From contig CAZLHO010000007.1 in the NCBI GenBank assembly GCA_964559455.1, forward strand, positions 14,636-78,635: a stretch of 64,000 bases of DNA, in the 5' to 3' direction. Each line of letters begins with the position of its first letter. Positions within the stretch are counted from its first letter, which is position 1. The DNA is from an uncultured Fibrobacteraceae bacterium (GTDB lineage: Bacteria > Krumholzibacteriota > Krumholzibacteriia > LZORAL124-64-63). The notes under the pieces are model-generated. The model saw only the letters and a program-made list of their open reading frames with translations, was not told where the DNA came from and ran no database searches. Shown here piece after piece: positions 38,573-51,954 of the stretch. Position numbers and translations under genes: made by a program.

Positions 38573-41029
38573 TCAACCTTCCGAATCCCCGTCCACGTCG
38601 TCGCCGTTGGCTTCGACGCGGGCCAGGCCGACGACGTGGTCGTCTCCCTTCAGGCTGATGATGCGGACTCCCTGAGTGTTCCGGCCCAGGGTCGAGATGT
38701 CCCTGACCGACATGCGGATGATTATGCCGTTCCTGGTGATGACCATCAACTCTTCGTTGTCGTCCACCTCGCGGATGTCCACGAGCGGGCCGTTGCGACG
38801 GGTGGTCTTGATCGTGATCAAGCCCCGGCCGCCGCGGCGCTGCAGGCGGTAGTCGTCCAGGGGGGTGCGCTTGCCGTAGCCGTTGCGGGTGACCGAGAGC
38901 AGGGTGGCGCCGGTGGTCACCGAGACCATGCCCACGACCTCCTCCCCCTCGTCCAGGGCGATGCCCTTGACGCCGCGGGCCGTGCGGCCCATCGGGCGGA
39001 TGTCTTCCTCGCTGAAGCGGATCGCCATGCCGTTGCCGGACGCCAGCACCAGGTTCTGGCCGCCGTCCGAGACCTTCACCGCGACCAGCCTCTCGTCGGG
39101 CAGCAGGTTGATGGCGCGGATGCCGGCCTGCCGCGGCCGGCTGAACTCGGTCAGCGGGGTCTTCTTCACGATCCCCTTGTTCGTGCACATGACCAGGAAG
39201 TGGTTCTCGGAGAACTCCCGCACCGGCACCACGGCGTTCACGCGGTCGCCGGGGGCGATGTTGATCAGGTTCACGATCGGCCGGCCCTTGGCGGCGCGCG
39301 CCGCGTTGGGCACCCGGTAGGTCTTCAGCCAGTGGCACTGGCCGCCGTCGGTGAGCACGAGCAGATACTGGTGCGTGGTGGCCACGAAGATGTTCTCGAC
39401 CCAGTCCTCGTCCTTGGTGCCCATGGCGGTGATGCCCTTGCCGCCGCGGCCCTGCGTGCGGTAGGTGCCCGCGGGCAGGCGCTTCACGTAGCCGGCGTGC
39501 GACAGGGTGACCACGACCTCCTCGTCGGCGATCAGGTCCTCCATGTCGATGTCGTCCTCCTCGGGGACGATCTCCGTGCGCCGGGCGTCGCCGAAGCGGT
39601 CGCGGACGCCGACCAGCTCGTCGCGGATGATCTGCAGGACGCGGTCGCGGTTGCCCAGGATCTCCTTCAGCTCCGCGATCAGCTCGATGAGCTGCCGGTA
39701 TTCGTCCTCGATCTTCTGGCGCTCGAGGCCGGTCAGCCGGGCCAGCCGCAGGTCCAGGATCGCCTGGGCCTGGATCTCGGAGAGGGCGAAGCGCTCCATC
39801 AGCGCGATGCGGGCGGCTTCGGGGGAATCGCTGGTCTTGATCAACTCGACGATCTCGTCGATGTGGTCCAGGGCGATGCGGTAGCCCTCGAGGATGTGCG
39901 CGCGCTCCTCGGCCTTGCGCAGGTCGTAGCGCGTGCGGCGGACGACGACCTCCTCGCGGAACTTCAGGTACTCCTGCATCGACTCCTTCAGGCTCATCAC
40001 CCGCGGCCGGTTGTCGACCAGCGCCAGGTTGATCACGCCGAAGGTCGTCTGCAGGTTCGTGTGCGCGAAGAGCTTGTTGAGCACGACCTGGGGGTAGGCG
40101 TCCTTCTTGAGGACGATGACGATGCGCATGCCCTCGCGGTCGGATTCGTCGCGCAGGTCCGCGATGCCCTCGATCTGCCCGCCGCGCACGAGGTGGGCGA
40201 TCTTCTCGACCAGGTTGGCCTTGTTCACCTGGTAGGGCAGCTCGGTGATGAGGATGCGGGGCCGCCCCTTGGCGTCCTCGTCGATCTCGGTGCGTCCGCG
40301 CACGACGACGCGGCCGCGGCCGGTGTTCACGTAGTCCACGATGCCGCGCCGCCCGCAGACCACGCCGCCGGTGGGGAAATCGGGTCCCTGCACGTATTCG
40401 AGCAGGCCGTTGGCGTCGATGTCGGGATCGTCGAGCAGGCCGATCAGGCCGTCGCAGACCTCGGTCAGGTTGTGGGGCGGAATCTTGGTGGCCATGCCCA
40501 CGGCGATGCCGTCGGAGCCGTTGACCAGCAGGTTGGGGATGGCCGAAGGCATCACCGCCGGCATCATGCGCGAACCGTCGTAGTTCGGCACGAAGTCGAC
40601 CGTCTCCTTGTCCAGGTCCCGCATGATCTCGATGGCCATGCGGGTCAGCCTGGCCTCGGTGTAACGTTCGGCCGCCGCCGAGTCGCCGTCGATCGATCCG
40701 AAGTTGCCCTGGCCGTCCACCAGCGGGTAGCGGAGGCTGAAGTCCTGGGCCAGCCGCACCAGCGTGTCGTAGACCGACGCGGTGCCGTGGGGGTGGTAGT
40801 TGCCCGTGGTGTCGCCGGTGATCTTGGCCGACTTGCGGTAGGGCTTGCCCGGCTGCAGGTTCAGGTCGTTCATCGCCGTCAGCACGCGTCGGTGCACGGG
40901 CTTCAGGCCGTCCCGCACGTCCGGCAGGGCGCGCGAGATGATCACGCTCATGGAGTACTCCAGGTACGAGCGCTCCATCTTCTCGTTGATGTCGACCTCG
41001 ATCACGTGACCGATGTTCTTGTCCGCCAT
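38573..41029 (-). CDS. gyrA: DNA gyrase subunit A
   Basis: 818 aa including the active-site region AAMRYTEARL-like [10 protein letters not shown], the GyrA box QRRGGRG, and the C-terminal beta-pinwheel repeats. Confidence 0.95.
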   Translation of the reverse strand: MADKNIGHVIEVDINEKMERSYLEYSMSVIISRALPDVRDGLKPVHRRVLTAMNDLNLQPGKPYRKSAKITGDTTGNYHPHGTASVYDTLVRLAQDFSLRYPLVDGQGNFGSIDGDSAAAERYTEARLTRMAIEIMRDLDKETVDFVPNYDGSRMMPAVMPSAIPNLLVNGSDGIAVGMATKIPPHNLTEVCDGLIGLLDDPDIDANGLLEYVQGPDFPTGGVVCGRRGIVDYVNTGRGRVVVRGRTEIDEDAKGRPRILITELPYQVNKANLVEKIAHLVRGGQIEGIADLRDESDREGMRIVIVLKKDAYPQVVLNKLFAHTNLQTTFGVINLALVDNRPRVMSLKESMQEYLKFREEVVVRRTRYDLRKAEERAHILEGYRIALDHIDEIVELIKTSDSPEAARIALMERFALSEIQAQAILDLRLARLTGLERQKIEDEYRQLIELIAELKEILGNRDRVLQIIRDELVGVRDRFGDARRTEIVPEEDDIDMEDLIADEEVVVTLSHAGYVKRLPAGTYRTQGRGGKGITAMGTKDEDWVENIFVATTHQYLLVLTDGGQCHWLKTYRVPNAARAAKGRPIVNLINIAPGDRVNAVVPVREFSENHFLVMCTNKGIVKKTPLTEFSRPRQAGIRAINLLPDERLVAVKVSDGGQNLVLASGNGMAIRFSEEDIRPMGRTARGVKGIALDEGEEVVGMVSVTTGATLLSVTRNGYGKRTPLDDYRLQRRGGRGLITIKTTRRNGPLVDIREVDDNEELMVITRNGIIIRMSVRDISTLGRNTQGVRIISLKGDDHVVGLARVEANGDDVDGDSEG

Positions 41030-41083
41030 GTCTCGAAGCTCCCCTGCGCGGCGCCCGGCGCCGCGGCTCGCGTCGCGAGCGGG

Positions 41084-43060
<1,977 letters not shown>

Positions 43061-43402
43061 TCAACCAGTGGTGTCGTCCCAGTGACGTCGCTCGGGGCCC
43101 CGAGCAAAGCGCAGGGAACGGACCGTGTCGGCGCCGTGAAGGGCGTTGAACTTCCCGATGATGGTCGGCGCCAGCAAGGTCAGTTCCTGACGCCAAGCCG
43201 CATGGTCGGCCTCCAGGATCAGCTCGCCGTCGCGCAGGTCCACGGCGCGGACGTGGAGCGCCGCCGCCTCGCCGACGATCTTCGGCCAATCCGCCAGCAG
43301 GTCGCGCTCGTTCATCCGCCGCGCCAGACCCAGCTGGTCCAGCACGCCTTCGAGAATGGAGCCCACGCGCTGCGGACCCGGCCTGTCCTTTTCCCTGCTC
43401 AT
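43061..43402 (-). CDS. DUF721 domain protein (small protein conserved between recF and gyrB)
   Basis: About 113 aa (MSREKDRPGPQRVGSILEGVLDQLG...ADWPKIVGEAAALHVRAVDLRDGELILEADHAAWRQELT). Its ATG overlaps the recF TGA (ATGA). Confidence 0.6.
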   Translation of the reverse strand: MSREKDRPGPQRVGSILEGVLDQLGLARRMNERDLLADWPKIVGEAAALHVRAVDLRDGELILEADHAAWRQELTLLAPTIIGKFNALHGADTVRSLRFARGPERRHWDDTTG

Positions 43403-44535
43403 ATCAACTCGCTGATCCCGCCTGCGGAAACGCGCCAGCGGCGCAGACCGCGAGGTTCCCAGCCGGCCACGTCGTCGTTCCGGGCCGTGGCGATGAACAC
43501 CTGGTGGCGTTCGGTGGTGCGCTCCTGGAGCCGGCGCGACCGTTCCCCGTCGAGCTCGCTGAAGATGTCGTCGAAGAACAGGATCGGATGGACGTGCCGG
43601 CGCTGACGAACGACCTCGCCCTGGGCCAGCTTGAGCGCGACCGCCGCCGAGCGTGTCTCGCCCTGGGAGCCGAAGGACCGCATGACGACGCCTTCGAGCA
43701 GGATCTCGAGGTCGTCGAGCTGCGGGCCGGCGAGGCACCTTCCACGCCTCATTTCATCCCCCACAATATAGTCAAATTCCGCCAGAAATTCCCGTTGTAA
43801 TTGCTCCGTTCCGAGCCCTTCGCGAAAGCCCTCCAGCTGGGGCCGATAGGCCAGCGAGAGCCTTCCCTCCGCGCCGGAAATCCCGGTGTAGGCCTCCCCC
43901 GCGACGGGCTCCAGTTCGGCGGCGTAGCGCAGGCGGGCGAGGCAGACCGGAGCGGCGTGCGCGGCCAGTTCGCGGTTCCAGGCGCGCAGCTCCTCGCGGG
44001 CCGCATCCGGGGCCTGGAAGCCGCGCCGGGCGTCCCGCAGCAGGCGCCCCTTCTGGCGCAGGGCGCGCTGGACGGACTGCAGGTGGGCCAGATAGTCGGG
44101 GTCGACCATGCTCAGGCCCTGGTCCAGGAAACGGCGGCGCGCCTCGGGGCCGTCGCGCACCAGGCCCACGGTCTGGGGGTCGAAGACGACGGTGGCCAGC
44201 AGGCCGACCAGGTCCGCCTTGCGCCGCACGGGCTCGCCGTCGACGCGGAGCCTCCGGCCGCCGTCGCGTTCCAGGCCGACGTCGAAACGCACCGTCCGCC
44301 CGCCGTCTATCTCGGCGTCCAGGCTCAGGTGGGCGGCCGCGGCCCCGAAGCGGATCAGTTCCTCGTCGCGCGCCCCCCGGTAGGAACGGCCCAGCGCGGG
44401 ATAGTTCAGGGCCTCGAGCAGGTTCGTCTTGCCCTGCCCGTTGCCCCCCAGCAGCAGGTTCACCCCGGGAGAGAAAGAAAGCTGGACTTCCGACAGGTTG
44501 CGGAAGTCCAGCAGGGATGCCTCGCGGAGCCGCAT
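43399..44535 (-). CDS. recF: DNA replication and repair protein RecF
   Basis: Walker A GGNGQGKTNLLEA and the SMC-like signature near the C-terminus. Canonical position after dnaN. Confidence 0.9.
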   Translation of the reverse strand: MRLREASLLDFRNLSEVQLSFSPGVNLLLGGNGQGKTNLLEALNYPALGRSYRGARDEELIRFGAAAAHLSLDAEIDGGRTVRFDVGLERDGGRRLRVDGEPVRRKADLVGLLATVVFDPQTVGLVRDGPEARRRFLDQGLSMVDPDYLAHLQSVQRALRQKGRLLRDARRGFQAPDAAREELRAWNRELAAHAAPVCLARLRYAAELEPVAGEAYTGISGAEGRLSLAYRPQLEGFREGLGTEQLQREFLAEFDYIVGDEMRRGRCLAGPQLDDLEILLEGVVMRSFGSQGETRSAAVALKLAQGEVVRQRRHVHPILFFDDIFSELDGERSRRLQERTTERHQVFIATARNDDVAGWEPRGLRRWRVSAGGISELI

Positions 44536-44542
44536 CCGCGGC

Positions 44543-45676
44543 TCAGTCCGAGGTCAGGCGCAGCGGCATGAGCAGGCAGAGCAGATCGGCGCCCGCCTCG
44601 CCCTCGACGACGGGCCGGACCAGGGCGGCGCTCTGCGGATCGCGGAAGGCCATCTGCACGTCGTCGGCGCGGATGTTCTTCAGCACGTCCAGCAGGTAGG
44701 TGTAGTTGAAGCCGATCTCCAGGGCCGCGCCCTGGTAGCCTACGGCCAGCTCGTCCTCGACGCTGCTGCCGTCGGTGCCGGTGGCCGAGAGCTCCAGGCG
44801 ATCGTTCTCCAGGCCCAGCCGGATCTGGCTGGTGATGCGGTCGGCGGTGATCGAGACCCGGCGGACGGCGCCGTGGAACTTGTCGCGGTCCACGGTCATC
44901 AGGAGCTCGTTGTTCTTGGGGATGACCGCCGTGTAGTCGGGGAAAGGGCCCTCGAGCAGGCGGGTGTGCAGCACCGTGGCGCCGATCCCGAAGCTCAGCT
45001 GGTTTTCGCCCATGTAGAGCGCCGTCTTCTCCTCGCCCTCGGCCAGGCGCGCATAGTGCAGCAGGCCCTGGGTGTCCGCGATCAGGTCGCGATCGCCGCC
45101 CAGGTCCAGGACGAGTTCGCGGCGGGAGCGCGAGAGCCGATGGGCGTCGGTGGCGATCATCGCCAGCGAGTCGGATTTGATCTCCCATTTGATCCCCATC
45201 AGGGCCGGCCGCGTCTCGTCCTTGGAGATGGCGTAGGCCGTCTCGCGGATCATGTCGACCAGGACCGAGGAATCGATTTCCAGCGGCTTGTCGGCGTCCA
45301 GCGCGGGCAACGAGGGGAATTCGTCCGCGTTCATGCTCGACTCGGTCAACGTGGACTTGCCGGCCAGCACGCGGAAACGCCCGTCCTTCTCGTCGATCTT
45401 GACTTCGCCGGGGCCCAGCGAGCGGACGAACTGCACGAACTTGGCGGCGGGGACCGCCACGCGGCCGGCGCCGCCGATCTTGGCCTTGTCCGTGACCGTG
45501 GTGATCGAGATGTCGAGATTGGTGGCGGAGATCCGCAGGCCCTCGTCACCCGCCTCCAGGAGCACGCAGGTCAGGATCGGCATGGTGGTCTTGGCGGGCA
45601 CCACGTTGGCGACGACGAGGAGGGATTGGGCGAGGTCCTCCTGCTGGATCGTGAGCTTCAATTTGGATTCCTCCAC
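44543..45676 (-). CDS. dnaN: DNA polymerase III beta sliding clamp
   Basis: 377 aa three-domain clamp (LKLTIQQEDLAQSLLVVANVV ... ). It follows dnaA. Confidence 0.9.
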   Translation of the reverse strand: MEESKLKLTIQQEDLAQSLLVVANVVPAKTTMPILTCVLLEAGDEGLRISATNLDISITTVTDKAKIGGAGRVAVPAAKFVQFVRSLGPGEVKIDEKDGRFRVLAGKSTLTESSMNADEFPSLPALDADKPLEIDSSVLVDMIRETAYAISKDETRPALMGIKWEIKSDSLAMIATDAHRLSRSRRELVLDLGGDRDLIADTQGLLHYARLAEGEEKTALYMGENQLSFGIGATVLHTRLLEGPFPDYTAVIPKNNELLMTVDRDKFHGAVRRVSITADRITSQIRLGLENDRLELSATGTDGSSVEDELAVGYQGAALEIGFNYTYLLDVLKNIRADDVQMAFRDPQSAALVRPVVEGEAGADLLCLLMPLRLTSD

Positions 45677-46026
45677 TGAGGGTTCGACGGTGTCGCGGGC
45701 GGCCTCTCGCCGCGCCGGACCGCTATGATATGTGCTCCTCTTTCCTGCTTCAAGTCATTAAGGAAAGTATAGGAACTGTAGTAGGGGGTGTGGACTCTGT
45801 GGACATCTCCGGGAAAGGCTCCGAGCCGGTTCGAATCCCACCTTCGCGACCATCGCCCCTGTGGACGCGGCCGGGGATGATTCGGGGATAGACCGGAAGT
45901 CATCCCCAACCCGGATCCGTCCACCGTCTTGCCCCCCGTTCGCCCACCGTCTTGTCCACAACCCCTCCGAGGCGGATCAGCCCTCTCGCGGCTTCTCGTC
46001 CGCGGCCGCTCGTCGCCGGCGAGGGC
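45677..46026. other. Candidate oriC segment (dnaN-dnaA spacer) with degenerate DnaA boxes and an AT-rich patch
   Basis: TGTGGAC/GTCCACA-type boxes at about 45788, 45796, 45853 and TTGTCCACA at 45952-45960. The AT-rich stretch CATTAAGGAAAGTATAGGAACTGTAGTAGG (45755-45786) is a possible DNA unwinding element. Confidence 0.4.
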
Positions 46027-47412
<1,386 letters not shown>

Positions 47413-47546
47413 GGTTCCTCTACCGGTTTCCTTTCCCACGAGGCACAACCCACCATGGCGTGCACTGGTCGACTACCCGCAGCACACCGGCCAAGTTATT
47501 CTAAATTTGTGAGTTACAATTTCTAAACCCAGAGGGGAGAAAAAAG

Positions 47547-47577
47547 TTATCCACAAACAAAGAGCCGCTGTGGATAA
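47547..47577. promoter_or_regulatory. Pair of perfect convergent DnaA boxes (TTATCCACA-N13-TGTGGATAA) in dnaA/rpmH divergent spacer
   Basis: TTATCCACA at 47547-47555 and TGTGGATAA at 47569-47577. The surrounding sequence is AT-rich (AAAAAAGTTATCCACAAACAAAGAG). Confidence 0.6.
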
Positions 47578-47826
47578 CTTGCCTCTCTCCTGTATCGGGT
47601 TTTCAACACCTGTGGGCGAAACCTATCACGACCCAAAATCGCCCGCAAGCATTTTCTTCCCGGCGGATTTATTTTTTGTTAATTCCCTGTCGCTCAAGAA
47701 GTTGCAGGAGGGATGCCGATGTTTCGCCTCGGGGGCTCCCGCAGGGTGATCGGACGCCCGGCTCCGGCGACCATTCGGGCCCGGTCGTAGCGGATCGCCG
47801 GGGTTGTGGGAAAGTTGCAACGCTCC

Positions 47827-47855
47827 TTGACATAGGGGGGGCCTGTGTCTAATCT
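47827..47855 (+). promoter_or_regulatory. Sigma-70-like promoter for rpmH operon (TTGACA-N17-TAATCT)
   Basis: TTGACA at 47827-47832 and TAATCT at 47850-47855. A strong RBS AAGGAGG lies before the rpmH GTG. Confidence 0.4.
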
Positions 47856-47892
47856 TTCACGGTTCATTTACAGTAGTTAAGGAGGCGAGCCG

Positions 47893-48027
47893 GTGAAGAG
47901 GACTTTCCAGCCCAGCAACATAAAGCGCGCGCGTACCCACGGCTTCCGGAAAAGGATGTCGACCAGGGCCGGCCGCCTTATCCTCAAGCGTCGTCGCGCC
48001 AAGGGCCGCAAGCGCCTTTCGGCCTGA
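47893..48027 (+). CDS. rpmH: 50S ribosomal protein L34
   Basis: A GTG start gives [44 protein letters not shown] (44 aa), a near-consensus L34. Not in the ORF track because it is under 60 aa. Confidence 0.85.
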   Translation: MKRTFQPSNIKRARTHGFRKRMSTRAGRLILKRRRAKGRKRLSA

Positions 48028-48059
48028 TGACCCCGGCGCCGTCGGCGTCCGGGTCCACC

Positions 48060-48437
48060 ATGAGGTCGCTGACGCGTCGCGAAGATTTTCTCAGGGTCTA
48101 TTCGGAAGGCTTGAAGCTGACAGGACGCTTCTGTGTCCTGTATCTTCTGCCTGCCGGCGACCTGGCCCGGGCCGTGGTGGCCAGCCGCAAGGTCGGCGGT
48201 GCCGTGGCCCGCAATCGCGCGAAGCGACTGTTGCGCGAGATGCTTCGACATCTGGTCGGAGCCGAGGCGACGGCGCTCGACTTCGACCTCGTCGCCGCCC
48301 GGCTCGGCCGCAACCGCGCCGACTGCGGCGACGGCATGTGGATCGTGGCCGTGGCGCGCGCGCGCCTGCCGGGCGCGGGAATCCACGATCTGACGGCCGA
48401 GGCGCAGAGCCTCCTGGCCGACTTCCTGCCGGGATAG
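48060..48437 (+). CDS. rnpA: Ribonuclease P protein component
   Basis: [17 protein letters not shown]...[18 protein letters not shown] is the RnpA signature (RNR motif). The ATG at 48027 is an alternative start. Confidence 0.8.
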   Translation: MRSLTRREDFLRVYSEGLKLTGRFCVLYLLPAGDLARAVVASRKVGGAVARNRAKRLLREMLRHLVGAEATALDFDLVAARLGRNRADCGDGMWIVAVARARLPGAGIHDLTAEAQSLLADFLPG

Positions 48438-48474
48438 CGGACGGCATGGCCGTTCCCGGACGCCTTCGTCGCTC

Positions 48475-48750
48475 ATGACGGTCGGGGATATGTGGCGGAT
48501 ACCCTACTACTTCATCCGGGCCTACCAGAGGTTCCTGTCCCCGTGCCTTCCTGCGACCTGCCGCTTCACGCCCACGTGTTCGGCCTACGCGGCCGAGGCC
48601 CTGCGCACGCAGGGATTGGCCCGCGGCGCCCGGCTGGCCCTTCGCCGGATCCTGCGCTGCCATCCCTGGCACGCCGGCGGCTACGACCCGGTGCCGACGC
48701 GCGACGCCTCGCCCGCGACCTCCGAGCCCCTCATCACTGGAGAGCGATGA
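48475..48750 (+). CDS. yidD: Membrane protein insertion efficiency factor YidD
   Basis: [31 protein letters not shown] is the conserved YidD Cys motif. Confidence 0.8.
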   Translation: MTVGDMWRIPYYFIRAYQRFLSPCLPATCRFTPTCSAYAAEALRTQGLARGARLALRRILRCHPWHAGGYDPVPTRDASPATSEPLITGER

Positions 48751-48751
48751 C

Positions 48752-50563
48752 ATGGATCGACGATCCATCCTGGCCTTCGTACTCATCTTCGTGGTCTTCA
48801 TCGTCTGGTCGAAGGTCTACGTTTCCCGCTACGGCGGCGCCGCCGACGCCGACAGCACGGCCGTCGCCGTCGTCCAGCCGCAGGTCGCGATTCCGGAAGG
48901 CGCGCCGCCGGCCGGCGCCGCCGCTGATTTCGCCGAGACCACGCCGGCGCCCGCAACGGTCGCCCCGGCCGCTTCCGGAGCCCAGGCCGACGCCGACGCG
49001 CCGCTGGCCTTCATCGCTCCCGACGAGCCGTCCGTCCCGGTAACGATCCGCACCGATCTCTTCGAGATGGTCGTCGATCCCCGCGGCGCCAGGGTCGTCA
49101 GCTGGATCGGCCGCACCTATCCCGGCCCCGACGGCCAACCCCTGCAGCTCGTGCCGCAGGGCGAGGATGCGGCGCCCGTCGCGGTGGGCGACGTGCTCGT
49201 CTACGAGCAGGGCGTCGTCGACCTGGCCGGCGCCGTCTTCCAGGCGCAGGCCCCGTCGCGCATCGATGTGGATCCCGCCGGCGGGGAGCGCCGCATCGTC
49301 TTCGCCGCGCGCACGGTAGGCGGGCTCGAGGTCCGCAAGATCTTCGTCATCGATCCAGAGCGCTTCCTCTTCCGCACCGACTATGAGGTTTCCGGCGACG
49401 CCGGACTGGGCCGCCCCGTGGCCGCGCGCTTCGTCTGGGACGGGGGCCTGGCCGAGACCGAGAAGGCCGACAAGGGCATGGCCATGGGTCGCGGCACCGG
49501 CTTCCGCGCCTTCGCGATGGTCGGCGACGAGACCTTCACCCGGAACCGACGCGATCTCGACGGCGACCTCGAGAAGGCCGGCGGCTCCTTCCGCGGCTCG
49601 ATCCGCGCCGCGGGCGTCCAGAGCAAGTACTTCATGATCGCCGGCGTCGTCCCGGAGATCGGCGCCGAGGTCGTCGAGGGACGGATCGAGCTCGGCGGCG
49701 ACGCCGGGAGTCACCAGCAGTCCTGGCGCCTGGAGCTTCCCCTGCGCGCCGGCAGTATCGGTTCCGGGGCCGTCGCCTCGCTCGACTGGTACTTCGGCCC
49801 CAACGACTACCATCGCCTGCGCGCCCAGGGACTGGGCCTGCAGCGGATGGTGAACCTGGGCTGGAAGTGGCTCCAGCCCATCTCCGAACTCGTGCTGCGA
49901 CTGATGAACTGGCTGCACGGGTTCATTCCGAACTACGGCTGGATCGTGGTCATCATCTCCGTGCTGAGCAAGCTCGTCTTCTACCCCTTGACCGCCCGCG
50001 GCACGCGCTCGATGCGCAAGATGCAGCAGGCGCAGGCGCGCCTGAAGCCCCGGCTGGACGCGGCCAAGCAGAAGTACGCGAGCGATCCGCAGCGCTACAA
50101 CCAGGAGATGATGAAGATCTACAAGGAAGAGGGCGTGAACCCGATGGCCGGCATGGGCGGTTGCATGCCCATGCTCGTCCAGATGCCCGTCTTCCTGGCC
50201 CTGTACCAGGTCCTCTACAACATGGTCGACCTGCGCATGACGCCCTTCATCCTGTGGATCAAGGACCTCTCCCAGCCCGACGCCCTCTTCCAGCTGCCGT
50301 TCTCACTGCCGCTGCTGGGAGCCGATTTCAATCTCTTGCCGATCCTGATGGCCTTGGTCACCTACATGCAGACCAAGCTCACACCCACGGCCGGGGCCCC
50401 CGGCCAGATGGCGAGCTTCAACACGCTGATGCCCGTGATGATGCTCTTCTTCCTCTACAACATGCCATCTGGCCTGATCATCTACTGGACCATCAATACC
50501 GGGATGACCGCGTATCAGACCTGGATGATCCACCGTTCCGCGCCGGCAGCAGAAGGAGCCTGA
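48752..50563 (+). CDS. yidC: Membrane protein insertase YidC
   Basis: 603 aa with an N-terminal TM, a large periplasmic domain, and the C-terminal 5-TM insertase core (GWIVVIISVLSKLVFYPLT...KMQQAQARLKP...NPMAGMGGCMPMLVQMPVFLALY). Confidence 0.9.
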   Translation: MDRRSILAFVLIFVVFIVWSKVYVSRYGGAADADSTAVAVVQPQVAIPEGAPPAGAAADFAETTPAPATVAPAASGAQADADAPLAFIAPDEPSVPVTIRTDLFEMVVDPRGARVVSWIGRTYPGPDGQPLQLVPQGEDAAPVAVGDVLVYEQGVVDLAGAVFQAQAPSRIDVDPAGGERRIVFAARTVGGLEVRKIFVIDPERFLFRTDYEVSGDAGLGRPVAARFVWDGGLAETEKADKGMAMGRGTGFRAFAMVGDETFTRNRRDLDGDLEKAGGSFRGSIRAAGVQSKYFMIAGVVPEIGAEVVEGRIELGGDAGSHQQSWRLELPLRAGSIGSGAVASLDWYFGPNDYHRLRAQGLGLQRMVNLGWKWLQPISELVLRLMNWLHGFIPNYGWIVVIISVLSKLVFYPLTARGTRSMRKMQQAQARLKPRLDAAKQKYASDPQRYNQEMMKIYKEEGVNPMAGMGGCMPMLVQMPVFLALYQVLYNMVDLRMTPFILWIKDLSQPDALFQLPFSLPLLGADFNLLPILMALVTYMQTKLTPTAGAPGQMASFNTLMPVMMLFFLYNMPSGLIIYWTINTGMTAYQTWMIHRSAPAAEGA

Positions 50564-50569
50564 GCAACG

Positions 50570-51850
50570 ATGACGAGGGAAGAAAACAACAAGATCGTCG
50601 AGGCCGCGGGCAAGACCGTGGACGACGCCGTTTCCGAGGCGCTGCTCCAGCTGGGCGCGCGCCGCGACGAAGTGGAGATCGAGGTTCTCGAGGAGGGCAA
50701 GGACGGCGTCTTCGGCGTCTTCGGCCGCCGCTCGGCCCGGGTGCGCGTGAGCATGCGGCCCAAGCGCCGCCGCCGCAGCCGCGGCCGCGGCCGGCGCTCC
50801 GGCGACGAGGACCGCCCCGCCCGGGAGGATCGCGGTCGCGATGAACGCGCCGCCCGCGACAGCCGTCCGGCCCGCGACGAGCGCCGTGGTCGCGATGGCC
50901 GTCCGGCCCGCGACGAACGTCCGGCCCGCGACGAGAGTCCGGCCCGCGATGAACGCCCGGCCCGCGATGACCGCCGTGGTCGCGACGACCGTCGCAGCCG
51001 CGACGAGCGTCCGGCCCGCGACGAACGTCCGGCCCGCGACGTGCGTCCGGCCCGCGACGAGCGACCGGCCCGCGACGAGCGCCCGGCCGCCGTCGAGCCC
51101 GTCCAGACCCCCGAGCCCGCCGCGCCCCCCGCGCAGCCCGCCCCGGTCGAGACGGCCCGTCCCGCCGCGGCCACCGTCGGGTCCGCCGGTTCCATCCAGG
51201 CGATGACTCTGGCCTCGCCCATCGGCGACGTGCCCGTCGACAAGCTCGCCGAGACGCAGGAGATGTTCGCCACCAAGGTGATGAACCTCTCCGGCTTCCC
51301 CTGCCGCTGCGAGGTGAAGGAAGGGGAGTACAACCTGGTCAAGATCGTCACCGACGAGCCCAGCGCGGGGATCCTGATCGGCCGGCGCGGCAACGCGATC
51401 GACGCCCTCGAGATCCTTGTCGAGCGCATGAGCGCGCAGGCCGTCGGCGGTCCCGTGCACATGAACCTGGACATCAACAACCACCGCCGGCGCCGTGAGT
51501 CGCGATTGGTCGACCAGGCCAAGGCCGCGGTGCAGCGCGTCCGCGCCACGGGCGACGAGGTGCACATGATGCCGTCGGGCGCCCGGGAGCGGCGCATCGT
51601 GCACATGACGGTGGCCGAGGTGGGCGACGACGTCGTGACCGACACCATCGGCGAGATCCCGGACCGCCACGTCGTGGTCATGCTCGCCTCCGCGGCGTCC
51701 GCCGCGGACGCCGGTCCGGCCGCCGCCGAGGTCGTCGAGCCCGAGGCCGTCGTGACCGAGACGGCGGCGCCCGAAGCGGTCGCGCCCGAGACGGTCGAGG
51801 AACCCGCGACCAAACCCGAGGGAGAGGATTCGCCGGCTCCCGAGGCCTGA
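50570..51850 (+). CDS. jag: Jag/KhpB RNA-binding protein (Jag_N + KH + R3H) with a long repetitive charged linker
   Basis: N-terminal Jag_N (EAAGKTVDDAVSEALLQLG). A KH region follows. C-terminal R3H is ...PSGARERRIVHMTVAEV. Confidence 0.8.
   Translation: MTREENNKIVEAAGKTVDDAVSEALLQLGARRDEVEIEVLEEGKDGVFGVFGRRSARVRVSMRPKRRRRSRGRGRRSGDEDRPAREDRGRDERAARDSRPARDERRGRDGRPARDERPARDESPARDERPARDDRRGRDDRRSRDERPARDERPARDVRPARDERPARDERPAAVEPVQTPEPAAPPAQPAPVETARPAAATVGSAGSIQAMTLASPIGDVPVDKLAETQEMFATKVMNLSGFPCRCEVKEGEYNLVKIVTDEPSAGILIGRRGNAIDALEILVERMSAQAVGGPVHMNLDINNHRRRRESRLVDQAKAAVQRVRATGDEVHMMPSGARERRIVHMTVAEVGDDVVTDTIGEIPDRHVVVMLASAASAADAGPAAAEVVEPEAVVTETAAPEAVAPETVEEPATKPEGEDSPAPEA
50858..51097 (+). 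repeat. Tandem 18-bp coding repeat array (about 13 imperfect copies of CGTCCGGCCCGCGACGAG = RPARDE) inside jag
   Basis: Peptide ...SRPARDERRGRDGRPARDERPARDESPARDERPARDDRRGRDDRRSRDERPARDERPARDVRPARDERPARDERPAAVE. Confidence 0.75.
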
Positions 51851-51888
51851 TCCAGGCCTAAGACACGGGGGCCGGCGACGCCGGCCCC

Positions 51889-51928
51889 GAAGAGGGGCGG
51901 CGCCGGTGCGCGGCCCCTTTTTCTTTCG
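51889..51928 (+). terminator. Rho-independent terminator after jag
   Basis: GC-rich hairpin (GGGGCCGGCG...CGCCGGCCCC / GGGGCGGCGCCGGTGCGCGGCCCC) followed by CTTTTTCTTTC at 51916-51926. Confidence 0.45.
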
Positions 51929-51954
51929 CCGGCCGAGGGTGTACGCCCGGGGGG

